A stretch of 64,000 bases of DNA from an uncultured Chloroflexia bacterium (lineage in GTDB: Bacteria; Chloroflexota; Limnocylindria; Limnocylindrales; CSP1-4): positions 3,299 to 67,298 of the forward strand of contig CAVQUM010000021.1 in NCBI GenBank assembly GCA_963716815.1. The letters are read 5' to 3'. Of the stretch, positions 26,711 through 36,381 are shown piece by piece. The translations under genes and the position numbers were made by a program. The notes beneath the pieces were generated by a model. That model made no database searches and was not told the origin of the DNA. It was given only the letters and a program-made list of their open reading frames with translations. Within the stretch, counting starts at the first letter, position 1, and every line of letters starts with the position of its first letter.

Positions 26711-27822
26711 GCCTGCGGCTCCGCCTCGCGCTCATCTTCGCTCTCGTCGCCTTCGCCACCGCGGGCGTCATCGCGGTCGTCACTCCGGCCATCGTCGACC
26801 ATGGCTTCGCCCAGCAGGCGGAGGACGACCGCGCTCGGGGTCAGGGCCAGGGGTTGGGTCCGGGTCCGCGCGAGGGCAGAGGACCGGGTCGAGCGCAGCG
26901 GGAGACGACGATGGCCATCATCGCGCTGGGCATGGCCACCGCCGCGGGCGCCTCCATCCTTGGCTTCCTGGTGGCCGGCCGCCTGGTGGCACCGCTGGGC
27001 CGGCTGCGCGATGCGGCTGCCGACGTGGCCGCGGGTGACCTGGAGCGTCGCTCGGACGTGGCCGACCGGGCCGATGAGATCGGCGACCTGGGCCGCTCGT
27101 TCGACACCATGGCCGCCTCGCTCGAACGCTCGGACGCGGCGCGCAGGCGTCTGTTCCAGGACGCGGCCCACGAGCTGAAGACGCCATTGACCGTCATCGA
27201 CGCCACGACCACGGCCATCCTTGACGGTGTCTACGAGCATGACGACCGGCACCTCGAGACCATCCGCGGCCAGTCCCACATCCTCTCCCGCATCGTCGAT
27301 GACCTGCGCACCGTCAGCCTCGCCGAGGCCGGCCAGCTGCCGCTGGAGTCGGTCGAGCTCGACGCGGCCGGGGTCGTACTCGACACGGTCGCCGGCTTCA
27401 CGCCAGCGGCCGAGGTGGCAGGGATCGAGCTGCGGGCAGAGCTCGACGACGATGTCCTGCTCCTGTACGGCGACCGGCAGCGAGTGGGCCAGCTGCTCGG
27501 TGCGCTCATCGACAACGCCTTGCGCCACACGCCGACAGGCGGCCACGTCATCGTCGAGGGCCGCCGCCACGGCGAGGACATCGAACTTGCCGTGCGTGAT
27601 GACGGGCCGGGCATCTCGGCCGAGGACCTGCCCTACGTCTTCGACCGGTTCTATCGCGCCGACCCCTCGCGACAGCGCGCTTCGGGCACGTCGGGGCTGG
27701 GTCTCTCCATCGTGCGGGCGCTCGTCGACGCCCAGAGCGGGACCGTCGACGTAGTCAACGTCGAACCCCACGGCGCCTGCTTCCGGATGCGCTTGCCGGC
27801 CCTGTCGGCGCCTAGTGGTTGA
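26707..27822 (+). CDS. Sensor histidine kinase (TM-HAMP-HisKA-HATPase_c)
   Basis: ATGA overlap with the regulator gene. H-box FQDAAHELKTPLTVI, N-box IDNALRHTP, G-boxes DDGPGI and GTSGLGLSIV. Confidence 0.85.
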   Translation: MSLRLRLALIFALVAFATAGVIAVVTPAIVDHGFAQQAEDDRARGQGQGLGPGPREGRGPGRAQRETTMAIIALGMATAAGASILGFLVAGRLVAPLGRLRDAAADVAAGDLERRSDVADRADEIGDLGRSFDTMAASLERSDAARRRLFQDAAHELKTPLTVIDATTTAILDGVYEHDDRHLETIRGQSHILSRIVDDLRTVSLAEAGQLPLESVELDAAGVVLDTVAGFTPAAEVAGIELRAELDDDVLLLYGDRQRVGQLLGALIDNALRHTPTGGHVIVEGRRHGEDIELAVRDDGPGISAEDLPYVFDRFYRADPSRQRASGTSGLGLSIVRALVDAQSGTVDVVNVEPHGACFRMRLPALSAPSG

Positions 27823-28013
27823 GGCCAGATATCAAGGCCACCTGAAACCGCGGGCCAAGTGGTCCAGTGTTGGGGCCACAAGGCCCATCGACTCCGTCCG
27901 GTGGTCACTTTCGAGCGCGTCCGCGTTCGGGTCTACTGGGTTCTGTGATATCCGACTTGCCAAATCAGGATTGCCTCCACCGCTCGTGTCGGTGGCTGTC
28001 TCGCGTCGTCGCC

Positions 28014-28325
28014 ATGGGCCGTCCCGTGCCCAAGCGCTGCCGCAAGTACTGCCCCGCGGCGGCGTCGATCGTGAGCCTGGACCAGCTCGGCCGAGGCCAG
28101 ACCGGCCGGATCCTGCGAGTCGGCGGTCGACCAGCGGCGCGGCGCAGACTCCTGGAGCTCGGCGTCGTACGTGGCGAGACCATCATGCTGCAGCGTGCCG
28201 CGCCGCTCGGGGACCCACTCGAGTTCATCGTCAAGGGCTATCACCTCTCCCTCCGCAAGCGTGAAGCCGCCACCATCATCGTGGAAGCGCTGGAGGCACC
28301 GGCCAGATCGGCCACCGCCGCATGA
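28014..28325 (+). CDS. feoA: Ferrous iron transport protein A
   Basis: FeoA-like SH3 domain LDQLGRGQTGRILRVGG...RRRLLELGVVRGETIMLQRAAPLGDPLEFIVKGYHLSLRKREAATIIV. Its stop overlaps the feoB ATG. The start is chosen at an internal ATG. Confidence 0.7.
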   Translation: MGRPVPKRCRKYCPAAASIVSLDQLGRGQTGRILRVGGRPAARRRLLELGVVRGETIMLQRAAPLGDPLEFIVKGYHLSLRKREAATIIVEALEAPARSATAA

Positions 28326-28852
28326 GCGGCACGCTCACGCTGGCCCTCGCGGGCAATCCCAACGCGGGCAAGACCAGCATCTTCAACGCCCTCACCGGCT
28401 CTCGCCACCACGTGGGCAACTGGCCCGGCAAGACCGTGGCCAAGATGGAGGGCACCTTCCGCCACGGCGATGTCGTCGGCCGGCTCGTGGACCTGCCCGG
28501 TACCTACAGCCTCTCGGCTCTCTCGCCGGAGGAGGTCATCGCTCGTGACTACCTGCTCACCGGTGAGGCCGACGTGGTCATCGACGTCGTCGACTCCACC
28601 AACCTCGAGCGCAACCTCTACCTGACCGCGCAGCTGGCCGAGCTGGGCATCCCGCTGGTGCTGGCACTCAACGTCAGCGACAGCGCCCGCGCCCAGGGCA
28701 TCAAGATCGACCGAGAGCGGCTCTCCGCGCTGTTCGGCCGCGCGCCCGTCGTCGAGACGGTCGGCCATCGCGAGCAGGGCCTCGGTCCGCTCATGGATGC
28801 GGCCATCGGCCTGGTCGATCCCACTCGAGCGCGTCTGCGCCTCGTGGCCTAG
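28322..28852 (+). CDS. feoB: Ferrous iron transporter FeoB, N-terminal G-domain segment ending at an in-frame TAG
   Basis: G1 GNPNAGKTSIFNALTG, G3 DLPGTYS, G4 NVSD. The ORF stops at TAG 28850-28852, in the same frame as the membrane part. Confidence 0.85.
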   Translation: MSGTLTLALAGNPNAGKTSIFNALTGSRHHVGNWPGKTVAKMEGTFRHGDVVGRLVDLPGTYSLSALSPEEVIARDYLLTGEADVVIDVVDSTNLERNLYLTAQLAELGIPLVLALNVSDSARAQGIKIDRERLSALFGRAPVVETVGHREQGLGPLMDAAIGLVDPTRARLRLVA

Positions 28853-28861
28853 CCGAGATCC

Positions 28862-30565
28862 ATGACCACGTTCGCGGGCACGTCCGACCACCCCGGCTTC
28901 CGCATCGACTACGGGACCGACGTGGAGGCGGAGCTCTCCGCGCTCGTCGAGCGCATCGTCGCGGTGCCCGAGCTGGACGAGGCCTTCCCGTCGCGCTGGC
29001 TGGCGATCAAGCTGCTCGAAGGTGAGGCCGACCTCGTCGCGCGGGTGGCCGCTGCCGTCGGCGGCGCGGCCATCGTGGACCGGGCGGAGGCGGGCCGCGA
29101 GCGCATCGAGCAGATGCACGGCGACACGGCCGACCTCGCCATCGCCGACGCGCGCTACGGCTATGTGCACGGGGTCGTGCGCGAGGTCGTCGACACCTCG
29201 GGCATGTCCCGCTACACCGTCACCGACCGGCTCGACCGCGTCCTCACCAACCGCTGGCTTGGCCTGCCCATCTTCTTCGCGGTCATGTTCGTCGTCTTCA
29301 AGCTCGTGGTCGAGGTCTCGGCCTACTTCCTCGACTGGGTCGACGCGGTCTTCGCCGGTCCGGTCACGCGCTGGGTGACGGGGCTGCTGGAGATGGTCAA
29401 CGCTCCCGACTGGTTCGTCTCGCTTGCGGTCGACGGCGTCATCGCAGGCGTCGGTGCGGTGCTCGTCTTCGTCCCCGGGCTCATCGTGCTCTACATGTTC
29501 CTGACGCTGCTCGAGGACAGTGGCTACATGGCCCGCGTGGCCTTCGTCATGGATCGCGTCATGAGCTTCACCGGGCTCCACGGCAAGTCCTTCATCCCCA
29601 TGGTGCTCGGCTTCGGCTGCGCGGTGCCCGCGATCTACGCCACGCGCACGCTCGAGAACCGCACGCAGCGGATCATGACCTCGTTGCTGGTGCCGCTGAT
29701 GTCGTGCTCGGCGCGGCTGCCGGTGTACGTCGTCTTTGGGCTGGCCTTCTTCGGCGCGGCCGCGGCCACGGTCATCACCGGGCTCTACGTCGTGGGCATC
29801 CTCATCGCGGGCCTCGTCGCCATCGTCCTCTCGCGCACGATCTTGAAGGAGCGCGACGACTCGGTCTTTGCACTCGAACTGCCGCCGTATCGCATGCCCA
29901 CGATGAAGGCGCTGACGACCCACACCTGGCAGAAGACCAAGGAGTTCGTGGTCAAGGCCGGGACGGTCATCCTCGTCGTCTCGGTCGCGCTGTGGTTCCT
30001 GATGAACCTGCCCTGGGGCGTGGAGGAGCAGCGCGACAGCTACTTCGGCCAGGTCAGCGCTGTTGCCGCGCCGGTCTTCGAGCCGGCTGGGTTCGGTACC
30101 TGGGAGGCCTCGGGAGCGCTGGTCACCGGCTTCATCGCCAAGGAGGTCGTCGTGGCCACGATGGCCCAGACGTACCTCGGTGAGGACGAGCCAGCCGCGG
30201 CGGGGCCGGTGCCATCGATGGGCGAGGACATCCGCGAGATCGGCACGTCGCTGGTCGCGGCGGCCGACGGTGCCGTGCGTTCCACGCTGAGCATCGTGCC
30301 CGGGGTGGACCTCGTGGCTGACGAAGAGGCGGAGCCACAGGACACCGCGCTGAGCAACGCCCTCGCCTCCAACTTCACCCCGCTGGCGGGCCTGGCCTTC
30401 GTCATGTTCGTGCTCATCTACACGCCCTGCGTGGCCACACTGAGCGCCATCAAGAGCGAGCTCGGCTGGCGCTGGGCGGCGTTCTCCGGCTTGTATCAGT
30501 TCGCGCTGGCCTGGTTCCTCGCGGTGGTCGTCTTCCAGGTCGGCACCTTCCTGGGCTACGCCTGA
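28862..30565 (+). CDS. feoB: Ferrous iron transporter FeoB, helical and membrane segment
   Basis: LEDSGYMARVAFVMDRVM...GLHGKSFIPMVLGFGCAVPAI and LIYTPCVATL match FeoB gate motifs. It is in the same frame as 28322..28852, 9 nt after the TAG. Confidence 0.85.
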   Translation: MTTFAGTSDHPGFRIDYGTDVEAELSALVERIVAVPELDEAFPSRWLAIKLLEGEADLVARVAAAVGGAAIVDRAEAGRERIEQMHGDTADLAIADARYGYVHGVVREVVDTSGMSRYTVTDRLDRVLTNRWLGLPIFFAVMFVVFKLVVEVSAYFLDWVDAVFAGPVTRWVTGLLEMVNAPDWFVSLAVDGVIAGVGAVLVFVPGLIVLYMFLTLLEDSGYMARVAFVMDRVMSFTGLHGKSFIPMVLGFGCAVPAIYATRTLENRTQRIMTSLLVPLMSCSARLPVYVVFGLAFFGAAAATVITGLYVVGILIAGLVAIVLSRTILKERDDSVFALELPPYRMPTMKALTTHTWQKTKEFVVKAGTVILVVSVALWFLMNLPWGVEEQRDSYFGQVSAVAAPVFEPAGFGTWEASGALVTGFIAKEVVVATMAQTYLGEDEPAAAGPVPSMGEDIREIGTSLVAAADGAVRSTLSIVPGVDLVADEEAEPQDTALSNALASNFTPLAGLAFVMFVLIYTPCVATLSAIKSELGWRWAAFSGLYQFALAWFLAVVVFQVGTFLGYA

Positions 30566-30843
30566 TGCTTTCAGCCATCCTCTCGACCATCCGTGCGGCC
30601 GGCAGGCCGCTGTGCCTGGCCGACCTCTCAGGCGCGCTGGGCATCGACGAGGCGGCACTCGAAGGCATGGTCGAGACCCTGGTGGCGCGTGGGCGGCTGC
30701 GGCCGATCGCCTTCGACGATCAGGGCTGCACGGCCTGCCCGGTCAAGAGCGGGTGTTTCATCATGAACGACGGCGTAGCCAAGACCTACGCCCTGCCACC
30801 CGACCCCGCCGGCACCGAGCAGGGGTGGCCTACCTTCAGCTGA
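30565..30843 (+). CDS. feoC: FeoC-like small winged-helix protein
   Basis: 92 aa, with ATG overlapping the feoB stop region. Reads LSAILSTIRAAGRPLCLADLSGALGIDEAALEGMVETLVARGRL followed by the Cys cluster GCTACPVKSGC. Confidence 0.6.
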   Translation: MLSAILSTIRAAGRPLCLADLSGALGIDEAALEGMVETLVARGRLRPIAFDDQGCTACPVKSGCFIMNDGVAKTYALPPDPAGTEQGWPTFS

Positions 30844-31065
30844 GCTGTAGCTCAGGATGTCGCTGGCGCGCCGCTGCCCCCAGGCTTCCGCTTGCACCTC
30901 GTGGCAGAGTCCGACGGGTCCTGGCTGGTCCTGGCTGGTTGTGGCTGCGGTCTTGCGCCTGACGACGGCCGCTGTTGTTAGCCAATACCAGCTGCAAGGC
31001 ATGAGCCGACGAACGCCGGGGACGGTCGCACTCTGCCATCAGGTGCATGGCACGGGGCCCTGGCG

Positions 31066-31719
31066 TCAGAGCAGCACGATGGCACTGCCGCCTGGGTCGC
31101 GCCCCTCTCCGAGGCGCTGCAGTGCCGTACCGCCCGGAACGGGGAAGTCCGCCAGGAAGCCGGCTCCCGCACTGCGCAGGAACGTGCGGTTGTGCCGCGT
31201 GTCAGCCAAGAGCAAGATCACGTGATCGACGTCACTGTCGCGCCGCTTCAGCGTGAGCCGCCGCTGCAGAGCCTGCGAGTCCCGGGCTCGCGTCTCGGCC
31301 TCGACTCCCACGCGCACCCGCGGCACCTGTGCCATGCCGTCCCATGCTCGTTGATCGCGTTCACGGCCGACGGGTACCTCGGTGCGCCACCGAACCTGCG
31401 GGCCGAGTCTGGCTCGGAACCGCTCCAGGAGCTCGAGATGCGCCTTGTCACGAAGCGGCGCACCTCCCTGGTACGCGCGAACGCTGATGTCCAGGCCGAC
31501 CACGGCACCAGCACGCGTCAGTTGGGCGATCGACAAGCTCGGGCTCAGGCCGCGCTCCAGGCGACTCCACGTGGCCTCGGACACCCCGATCGCGGCAGCA
31601 CACGTGGCCATGCTCAGATCATGCCCGAGGCGCGCGTCTCGGACCTCCTGACCTGACCGCACCAGCGATCGCTCGGCTTGTCGCCGGGCGTGCTCCATTC
31701 TTCGCTCCTGTCCCGCCAT
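31066..31719 (-). CDS. XRE-family HTH protein with a C-terminal PD-(D/E)xK-nuclease-like region
   Basis: HTH is LSMATCAAAIGVSEATWSRLERG. The C-terminal AWDGM...VGVEAETRARDSQALQRRLTLKRRD...HVILLLADTRHNR resembles a restriction-endonuclease-like core. That assignment is inferred from motifs only. Confidence 0.55.
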   Translation of the reverse strand: MAGQERRMEHARRQAERSLVRSGQEVRDARLGHDLSMATCAAAIGVSEATWSRLERGLSPSLSIAQLTRAGAVVGLDISVRAYQGGAPLRDKAHLELLERFRARLGPQVRWRTEVPVGRERDQRAWDGMAQVPRVRVGVEAETRARDSQALQRRLTLKRRDSDVDHVILLLADTRHNRTFLRSAGAGFLADFPVPGGTALQRLGEGRDPGGSAIVLL

Positions 31720-32104
31720 CGCGCGATCATCCCCGCATCCTCTTCACCGAGACTGCGCATCGACGTACCCCGACCTTCGAGCAGGCGTTGCACTAGTTGC
31801 AAGAGCGCGCCCCAACCGAGACCCGGTTCGCACCTGCCCTGCACCAAGGTGCACGCCACCGTCATCCACTTGCAGCTGCCGCAAGGGTCGTGCGCGGGGA
31901 CGGTCCGATCGGTCGCACTCTTTCAGGTCGTGCAAGGTTCGCCCGGCCGACCGGCGCCATGGCCGACCAACGGCCCCCGATCCGGTGGCCGAACGGCCCA
32001 AGCCTACGTGTTTCAGACAGTTAGACCATGTGCGTCTAGCGTGGGCCTCACGAGGGAGAGGGCTGCGCGCGTGAGAGGGAACACGTAGCGGGGGGTCACG
32101 TCGC

Positions 32105-33517
32105 TTGGACGCAGAACTGCTGGCGAGATTGCAGTTCACGCTCACAGCCAGCTACCACTTCATCTTCCCGCCTCTGAGCATGGGGCTTGGTCTGATGCTG
32201 CTGTTCGTCAGCGGCGCGTACCTGCGGACCAGGGATCCCAAGTGGCGGCAGCTGCAGTTCTTCTGGGTGAAGGTCTACGGCATCGTCTTCGCCATGGGTG
32301 TCGCCACCGGCATCGTCATGGAGTTCGAGTTCGGCATGAACTGGGCCGAGTACTCGCGCTTCGTGGGCAACGTCTTCGGATCGCTGCTGGCAGCCGAGGG
32401 CGTGTTCGCCTTCTTCCTCGAGGGTGGCTTCCTGGGCCTGATGCTCTTCGGCGGCAACCGCCTGGGACCGCGGATGTGGTTCCTGGCCAGCTTCATGGTC
32501 GTCTTCGGAGCGCACTTCAGCGCCATCTGGATCACCGCGGCCAACTCCTGGATGCAGACACCCGCCGGCTACGAGCTGCAGGCGCTGCCGGAGCCGGCGC
32601 GTGCGGTCATGACCGACTTCTGGGCCACCGTCTTCACGCCCTCGTTCGTCCCACGGCTTCTGCATGTCTTCTTCGCCAGCTGGACCGCCGGCGCCGCCCT
32701 GGTGGCCAGCGTCGGGCGCCTGGTACATCCTGCGCAAGAAGGAACACGCCGAGCTGGGCAAGGCCTGCCTCAGCATCTCGCTTCCGTTCTTCATCCTCTT
32801 CTCGGTGGCTGAACGCCGGCATCTTCGGTCCGGAGTCGGCCCGTAGCGTGGCCGAGAACCAGCCCGAGAAGCTGGCAGCCATGGAGGGCATCTGGGAGAC
32901 CGAAGAGAACGCCCCCGCCTACGTCGTGGGCTGGGTCGACCAAGGTTCAGGCGACACCATCGGCATCGCCATCCCCGGTCTGTTGAGCTTCCTCAGCGGG
33001 GCCGACACCGTCACCGGCATCAACGACTTCGAGGTGCCGCCGACGCTCTCCAACCTGACCTTCCAGTCGTACCACCTGATGGTCGGCCTGGGCATGGCCA
33101 TCGTGCCCTTCGCCCTGCTGGCGGCGGGATTGTGGTTCTGGAAGCGCAAGCTGCTCGAGCAGCGCTGGGCGCTGTGGATCGTGGTGTCCTCGGTGTTCGT
33201 GGCGCTGTTCGTCATCACCATGGGCTGGTGGGTGGCCGAGTTCGGCCGGCAGCCGTGGATCGTCTACGGGCTGATGTTCACCGCCGATGCCGACATCGCC
33301 AGTGGTGGAAGCGTGGGAGATCGTAGCCTCGCTCGGTGGCTTCGTGCTCATCTACATCCTGCTGCTGGTGCTCTTCCTGTACCTGCTCAACCGCAAGATC
33401 CAACGTGGCCCGGCGGCACTCGAGGAGGTCGAGTCCAAGCCGGTCGGTGACCTGCCCGATTCCCTGCGCGGCATCTTCGCTGCGCGCGGCAGCGGCGAAG
33501 AGAGGATGACCCGATGA
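32105..33517 (+). pseudogene. cydA: Cytochrome bd ubiquinol oxidase subunit I, three frameshifts
   Basis: TTG start. LARLQFTLTASYHFIFPPLSMGL and the Q-loop region ENQPEKLAAMEGIWET are typical. The reading passes through ORFs 32105, 32664, 32242 and 33287, joining at about 32716, 32808 and 33291. Confidence 0.85.
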
Positions 33518-34533
33518 TCCTCAACGAAGTCTGGTTCATCCTCTTCATCGTCATCCTCGGGGGCTATCTCATCCTCGACGGCTTCGACATGGGCGTGGGC
33601 ATCCTGCACATGGTCGCGGCCAAGACCGATGACGAGCGGCGCACGCTGCTCAACAGCATCGGTCCCGTGTGGGACGGCAACGAGGTCTGGCTCATCCTCG
33701 GCGGTGGCGTGCTCTTCGCCATCTTCCCCTTCGCCTATGCCTCGCTCTTCAGCGGCCTCTACCTCGCGTTCATGCTGGTGCTGGTCGTGCTCATCTTTCG
33801 GACGGTGACCTTCGAGTTCCGTTCGCAGCGCACGAGCTCGACCTGGCGCACGGTCTGGGACTGGTCATTCAGCCTGTCCTCGCTCTTGCTGGCACTGCTC
33901 CTGGGCGTGGCCTTCGGTGGCGTCATCAGCGGCCTGCCCCTGGGTGCCAACCAGGAGATCGAGACCAACCTCCTCGAGCTGCTCACGCCGTTCAACCTGC
34001 TGGTGGGCGTGGCCACGGTGGCCATGTTCGCCATGCACGGTGGCATCTACCTGTCGATGAAGACCGACGGCGAGCTGCTGGCCCGCCTCAAGCGCTACAT
34101 GCCCTACCTGATGGGCGCCTTCGTGGTCCTCAACACGCTCGTGGTGGTGGCCGCGGTGGCGCTCGGCCTGCCCTTCACCGAGCGCTACCTCAAGGAGCTC
34201 TGGCCGGTCGTCTTCCCGGCCGCGGCGCTCGTGGCCATGGCGGTGGTCTGGTACTACGTGCAGCAGGGTCGGCTCTTCCCTGCCTTCATGGCCTCGTCGC
34301 TGATGATCCTGTTCCTGATCATGGCCGGTGGCATCGGCATGCACCCGAACCTCATCATCAGCAGCATCGACCAGGCCTACAACCTGACCATCTTCAACGC
34401 GGCCTCGGAAGAGCCCACGTTGATCGTGGCCCTGATCATCGCCCTCATCGGGATGCCGTTCGTCCTGCTATACACCGCAGGTGTCTACTACATCTTCCGG
34501 GGCAAGGTCAGCGTCGACAGCACGAGCTACTAG
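33514..34533 (+). CDS. cydB: Cytochrome bd ubiquinol oxidase subunit II
   Basis: ATGA overlap with cydA. Reads FILFIVILGGYLILDGFDMGVGIL...GPVWDGNEVWLI. Intact. Confidence 0.9.
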   Translation: MILNEVWFILFIVILGGYLILDGFDMGVGILHMVAAKTDDERRTLLNSIGPVWDGNEVWLILGGGVLFAIFPFAYASLFSGLYLAFMLVLVVLIFRTVTFEFRSQRTSSTWRTVWDWSFSLSSLLLALLLGVAFGGVISGLPLGANQEIETNLLELLTPFNLLVGVATVAMFAMHGGIYLSMKTDGELLARLKRYMPYLMGAFVVLNTLVVVAAVALGLPFTERYLKELWPVVFPAAALVAMAVVWYYVQQGRLFPAFMASSLMILFLIMAGGIGMHPNLIISSIDQAYNLTIFNAASEEPTLIVALIIALIGMPFVLLYTAGVYYIFRGKVSVDSTSY

Positions 34534-34572
34534 CCGCGATGGTCGCAGCCCCGTGAGCGGGCTCGGCCGCGC

Positions 34573-36381
34573 ATGATCTCGACTCGAGCAGCCGGTGACT
34601 CGCCAGAGCGCCGGCTGCTTGGTCATGACCGGTGGGCCCGTCGCTGGATGGCCGTGGCCGTGGCGGCAGGCGTGGGCGCCTCGATGGCACTGGTGGCGCA
34701 GCTCATCGCGGTCGCCCTGGCGGTGGCTGGTGTCTTTCTCGAGGACCGGACCCTGGGCGACGTCCTGCCGCTGCTGGCCATCGGCCTGGGGCTGCTCCTC
34801 CTGCGCACCGCCCTGGGCATCACCGCTGAGTTGGCGGCGCGTCGCTCCGCCGAGCAGCTCGTGGGCCGGCTGCGCAGCGATCTTACCGGGCAGGTGCTGC
34901 GCCTGGGCCCGACCTGGACGGGCCGCGAACGCGCCGGTGAGATCAGCGGCGTGCTCATCGGCGGGCTCGAGGACATCGAGAGATACCTGACCCAGTTCGT
35001 GCCCACGCGCCGCCTGGCCACGATCGTGCCGGCCCTGGTCCTGCTGCTGGTCCTGCTGCTCGACCCGCCCTCGGTGCTGGTGCTGCTCTTCACCGGCCCG
35101 CTGCTGCTGCTGCTGCTGGCGGTCATCGGCAGCCGCACGCGCGCCGTCAGCCAGCGCCGCTTCATGGAGATGCGCGCTCTCTCCGCCTTCTTCCTCGACA
35201 TCCTGCGCGGCATCGCCACGCTCAAGATGTTCGGCCGCAGCCGGGAGCAGGTGGACAACCTCGCTCGTGTCAGCCGTGGCTACGGCGACGCCACCATGGA
35301 CGTGCTGCGCACCGCGTTCCAGACCAGCCTCGTGCTCGAGTGGGGTGCCACCATCGCCATCGCCCTGGTGGCGGTGGAGATCGGCCTGCGCCTGCTGGAG
35401 GGCACCATCCCCTTCGAGCGTGCCCTCGCCGTCCTGCTCATCACGCCCGAGTTCTTCCTGCCCCTGCGCGCGCTGGCGATCCGCTTCCATGTGGGCACCG
35501 CGGGCGCAGCCGTGATCACGCGCACCTTCGAGGTCCTCGACGAGCCGGCGCCGACGTCTGCCGGTGATCGGGCCGATGGAGAAGGAGTGCGGGCGACCCC
35601 GGCCCCGGCGTCAGCCATCTTGGTCAAGCCGCCGCGCATCTCATTCGAAGGGGTCGTCCTGCGCTATCCCGGACGGGAGGTGGCCGCGCTCGACGGCGTG
35701 AGCCTGGAGCTACACCCCGCTGAGTCGGTGGCGCTGGTGGGCGCCAGCGGCGCCGGCAAGTCGACGATGGCCAGTACCCTCCTGCGCTTCATCGAGCCCG
35801 ACCGCGGCACAGTCAGCGTGGATGGCCGGCCGCTGGGCGAGCTGGCCCTCTCCGACTGGCGCGCGTCCGTGGCATGGGTGCCGCAGCGGCCGCACCTCTT
35901 CGACGGCTCGGTCGCCGACAACATCCGACTGGCGCGGCCGGGCGCCCCGGACGAGGAGGTCGCGGCGGCCGCTCGTGCCGCCAACGCGCTCGAGTTCATC
36001 GAGCGGCTGCCGGCCGGCCTCGAGACACCCGTCGGCGACGCCGGGTCGCGGCTGAGTGGCGGACAGCGCCAGCGCATCGCCATCGCCCGAGCCTTCCTGC
36101 GCGACGCGCCGGTCCTCATCCTCGACGAGGCCACCAGCCACCAGGACGAGGCCAGTGAGTCGGCCATCGCCGACGCGCTGGAGCGGCTGATGGCCGAGCG
36201 CACGACGCTGATCATCGCTCACCGCCTGCGTCTCGCGCAGCGCGCCCGGCGAGTCGTGGTGCTCGAGCACGGCCGGGTCGTAGAGACCGGCACAGCGGGC
36301 GAGTTGCTCGCGGCCGAGGGGCCCTATCGCCGCCTGTTCGACGACCAGGGCCAGCTCGTCGCTGGGGAGTCCCGAGCGTGA
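34573..36381 (+). CDS. cydD: Thiol reductant ABC exporter subunit CydD
   Basis: Six-TM domain plus ABC domain (GASGAGKST, LSGGQRQRIAIARA, ILDEAT), directly downstream of cydAB. Intact. Confidence 0.8.
   Translation: MISTRAAGDSPERRLLGHDRWARRWMAVAVAAGVGASMALVAQLIAVALAVAGVFLEDRTLGDVLPLLAIGLGLLLLRTALGITAELAARRSAEQLVGRLRSDLTGQVLRLGPTWTGRERAGEISGVLIGGLEDIERYLTQFVPTRRLATIVPALVLLLVLLLDPPSVLVLLFTGPLLLLLLAVIGSRTRAVSQRRFMEMRALSAFFLDILRGIATLKMFGRSREQVDNLARVSRGYGDATMDVLRTAFQTSLVLEWGATIAIALVAVEIGLRLLEGTIPFERALAVLLITPEFFLPLRALAIRFHVGTAGAAVITRTFEVLDEPAPTSAGDRADGEGVRATPAPASAILVKPPRISFEGVVLRYPGREVAALDGVSLELHPAESVALVGASGAGKSTMASTLLRFIEPDRGTVSVDGRPLGELALSDWRASVAWVPQRPHLFDGSVADNIRLARPGAPDEEVAAAARAANALEFIERLPAGLETPVGDAGSRLSGGQRQRIAIARAFLRDAPVLILDEATSHQDEASESAIADALERLMAERTTLIIAHRLRLAQRARRVVVLEHGRVVETGTAGELLAAEGPYRRLFDDQGQLVAGESRA

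Noticed and set aside
27823-28013. Fur or IdeR box upstream of feoA, in the AT-richer stretch ttctgtgatatccgacttgccaaatcaggattgcc
   Set aside because: By eye there is no convincing match to the Fur (GATAATGATAATCATTATC) or IdeR/DtxR (TTAGGTTAGCCTAACCTAA) consensus. It needs a matrix search, so I am not reporting it as a site.
28850-28852. Recoding of the FeoB TAG (pyrrolysine or programmed read-through)
   Set aside because: No pyl genes or recoding signals are visible in the window, and actinobacterial-type genomes are not known for Pyl. I kept it only as an unexplained in-frame stop.
30840-30860. tRNA-like string gtagctcagg just after feoC, considered as a tRNA gene or an integration-site remnant
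   Set aside because: Only the D-arm-like 10-12 nt match. No acceptor stem, anticodon arm or T-loop (GTTCRA) can be folded from the flanking sequence. The local structure is better explained as a small hairpin (ctgagc-tgta-gctcag) overlapping the stop codon.
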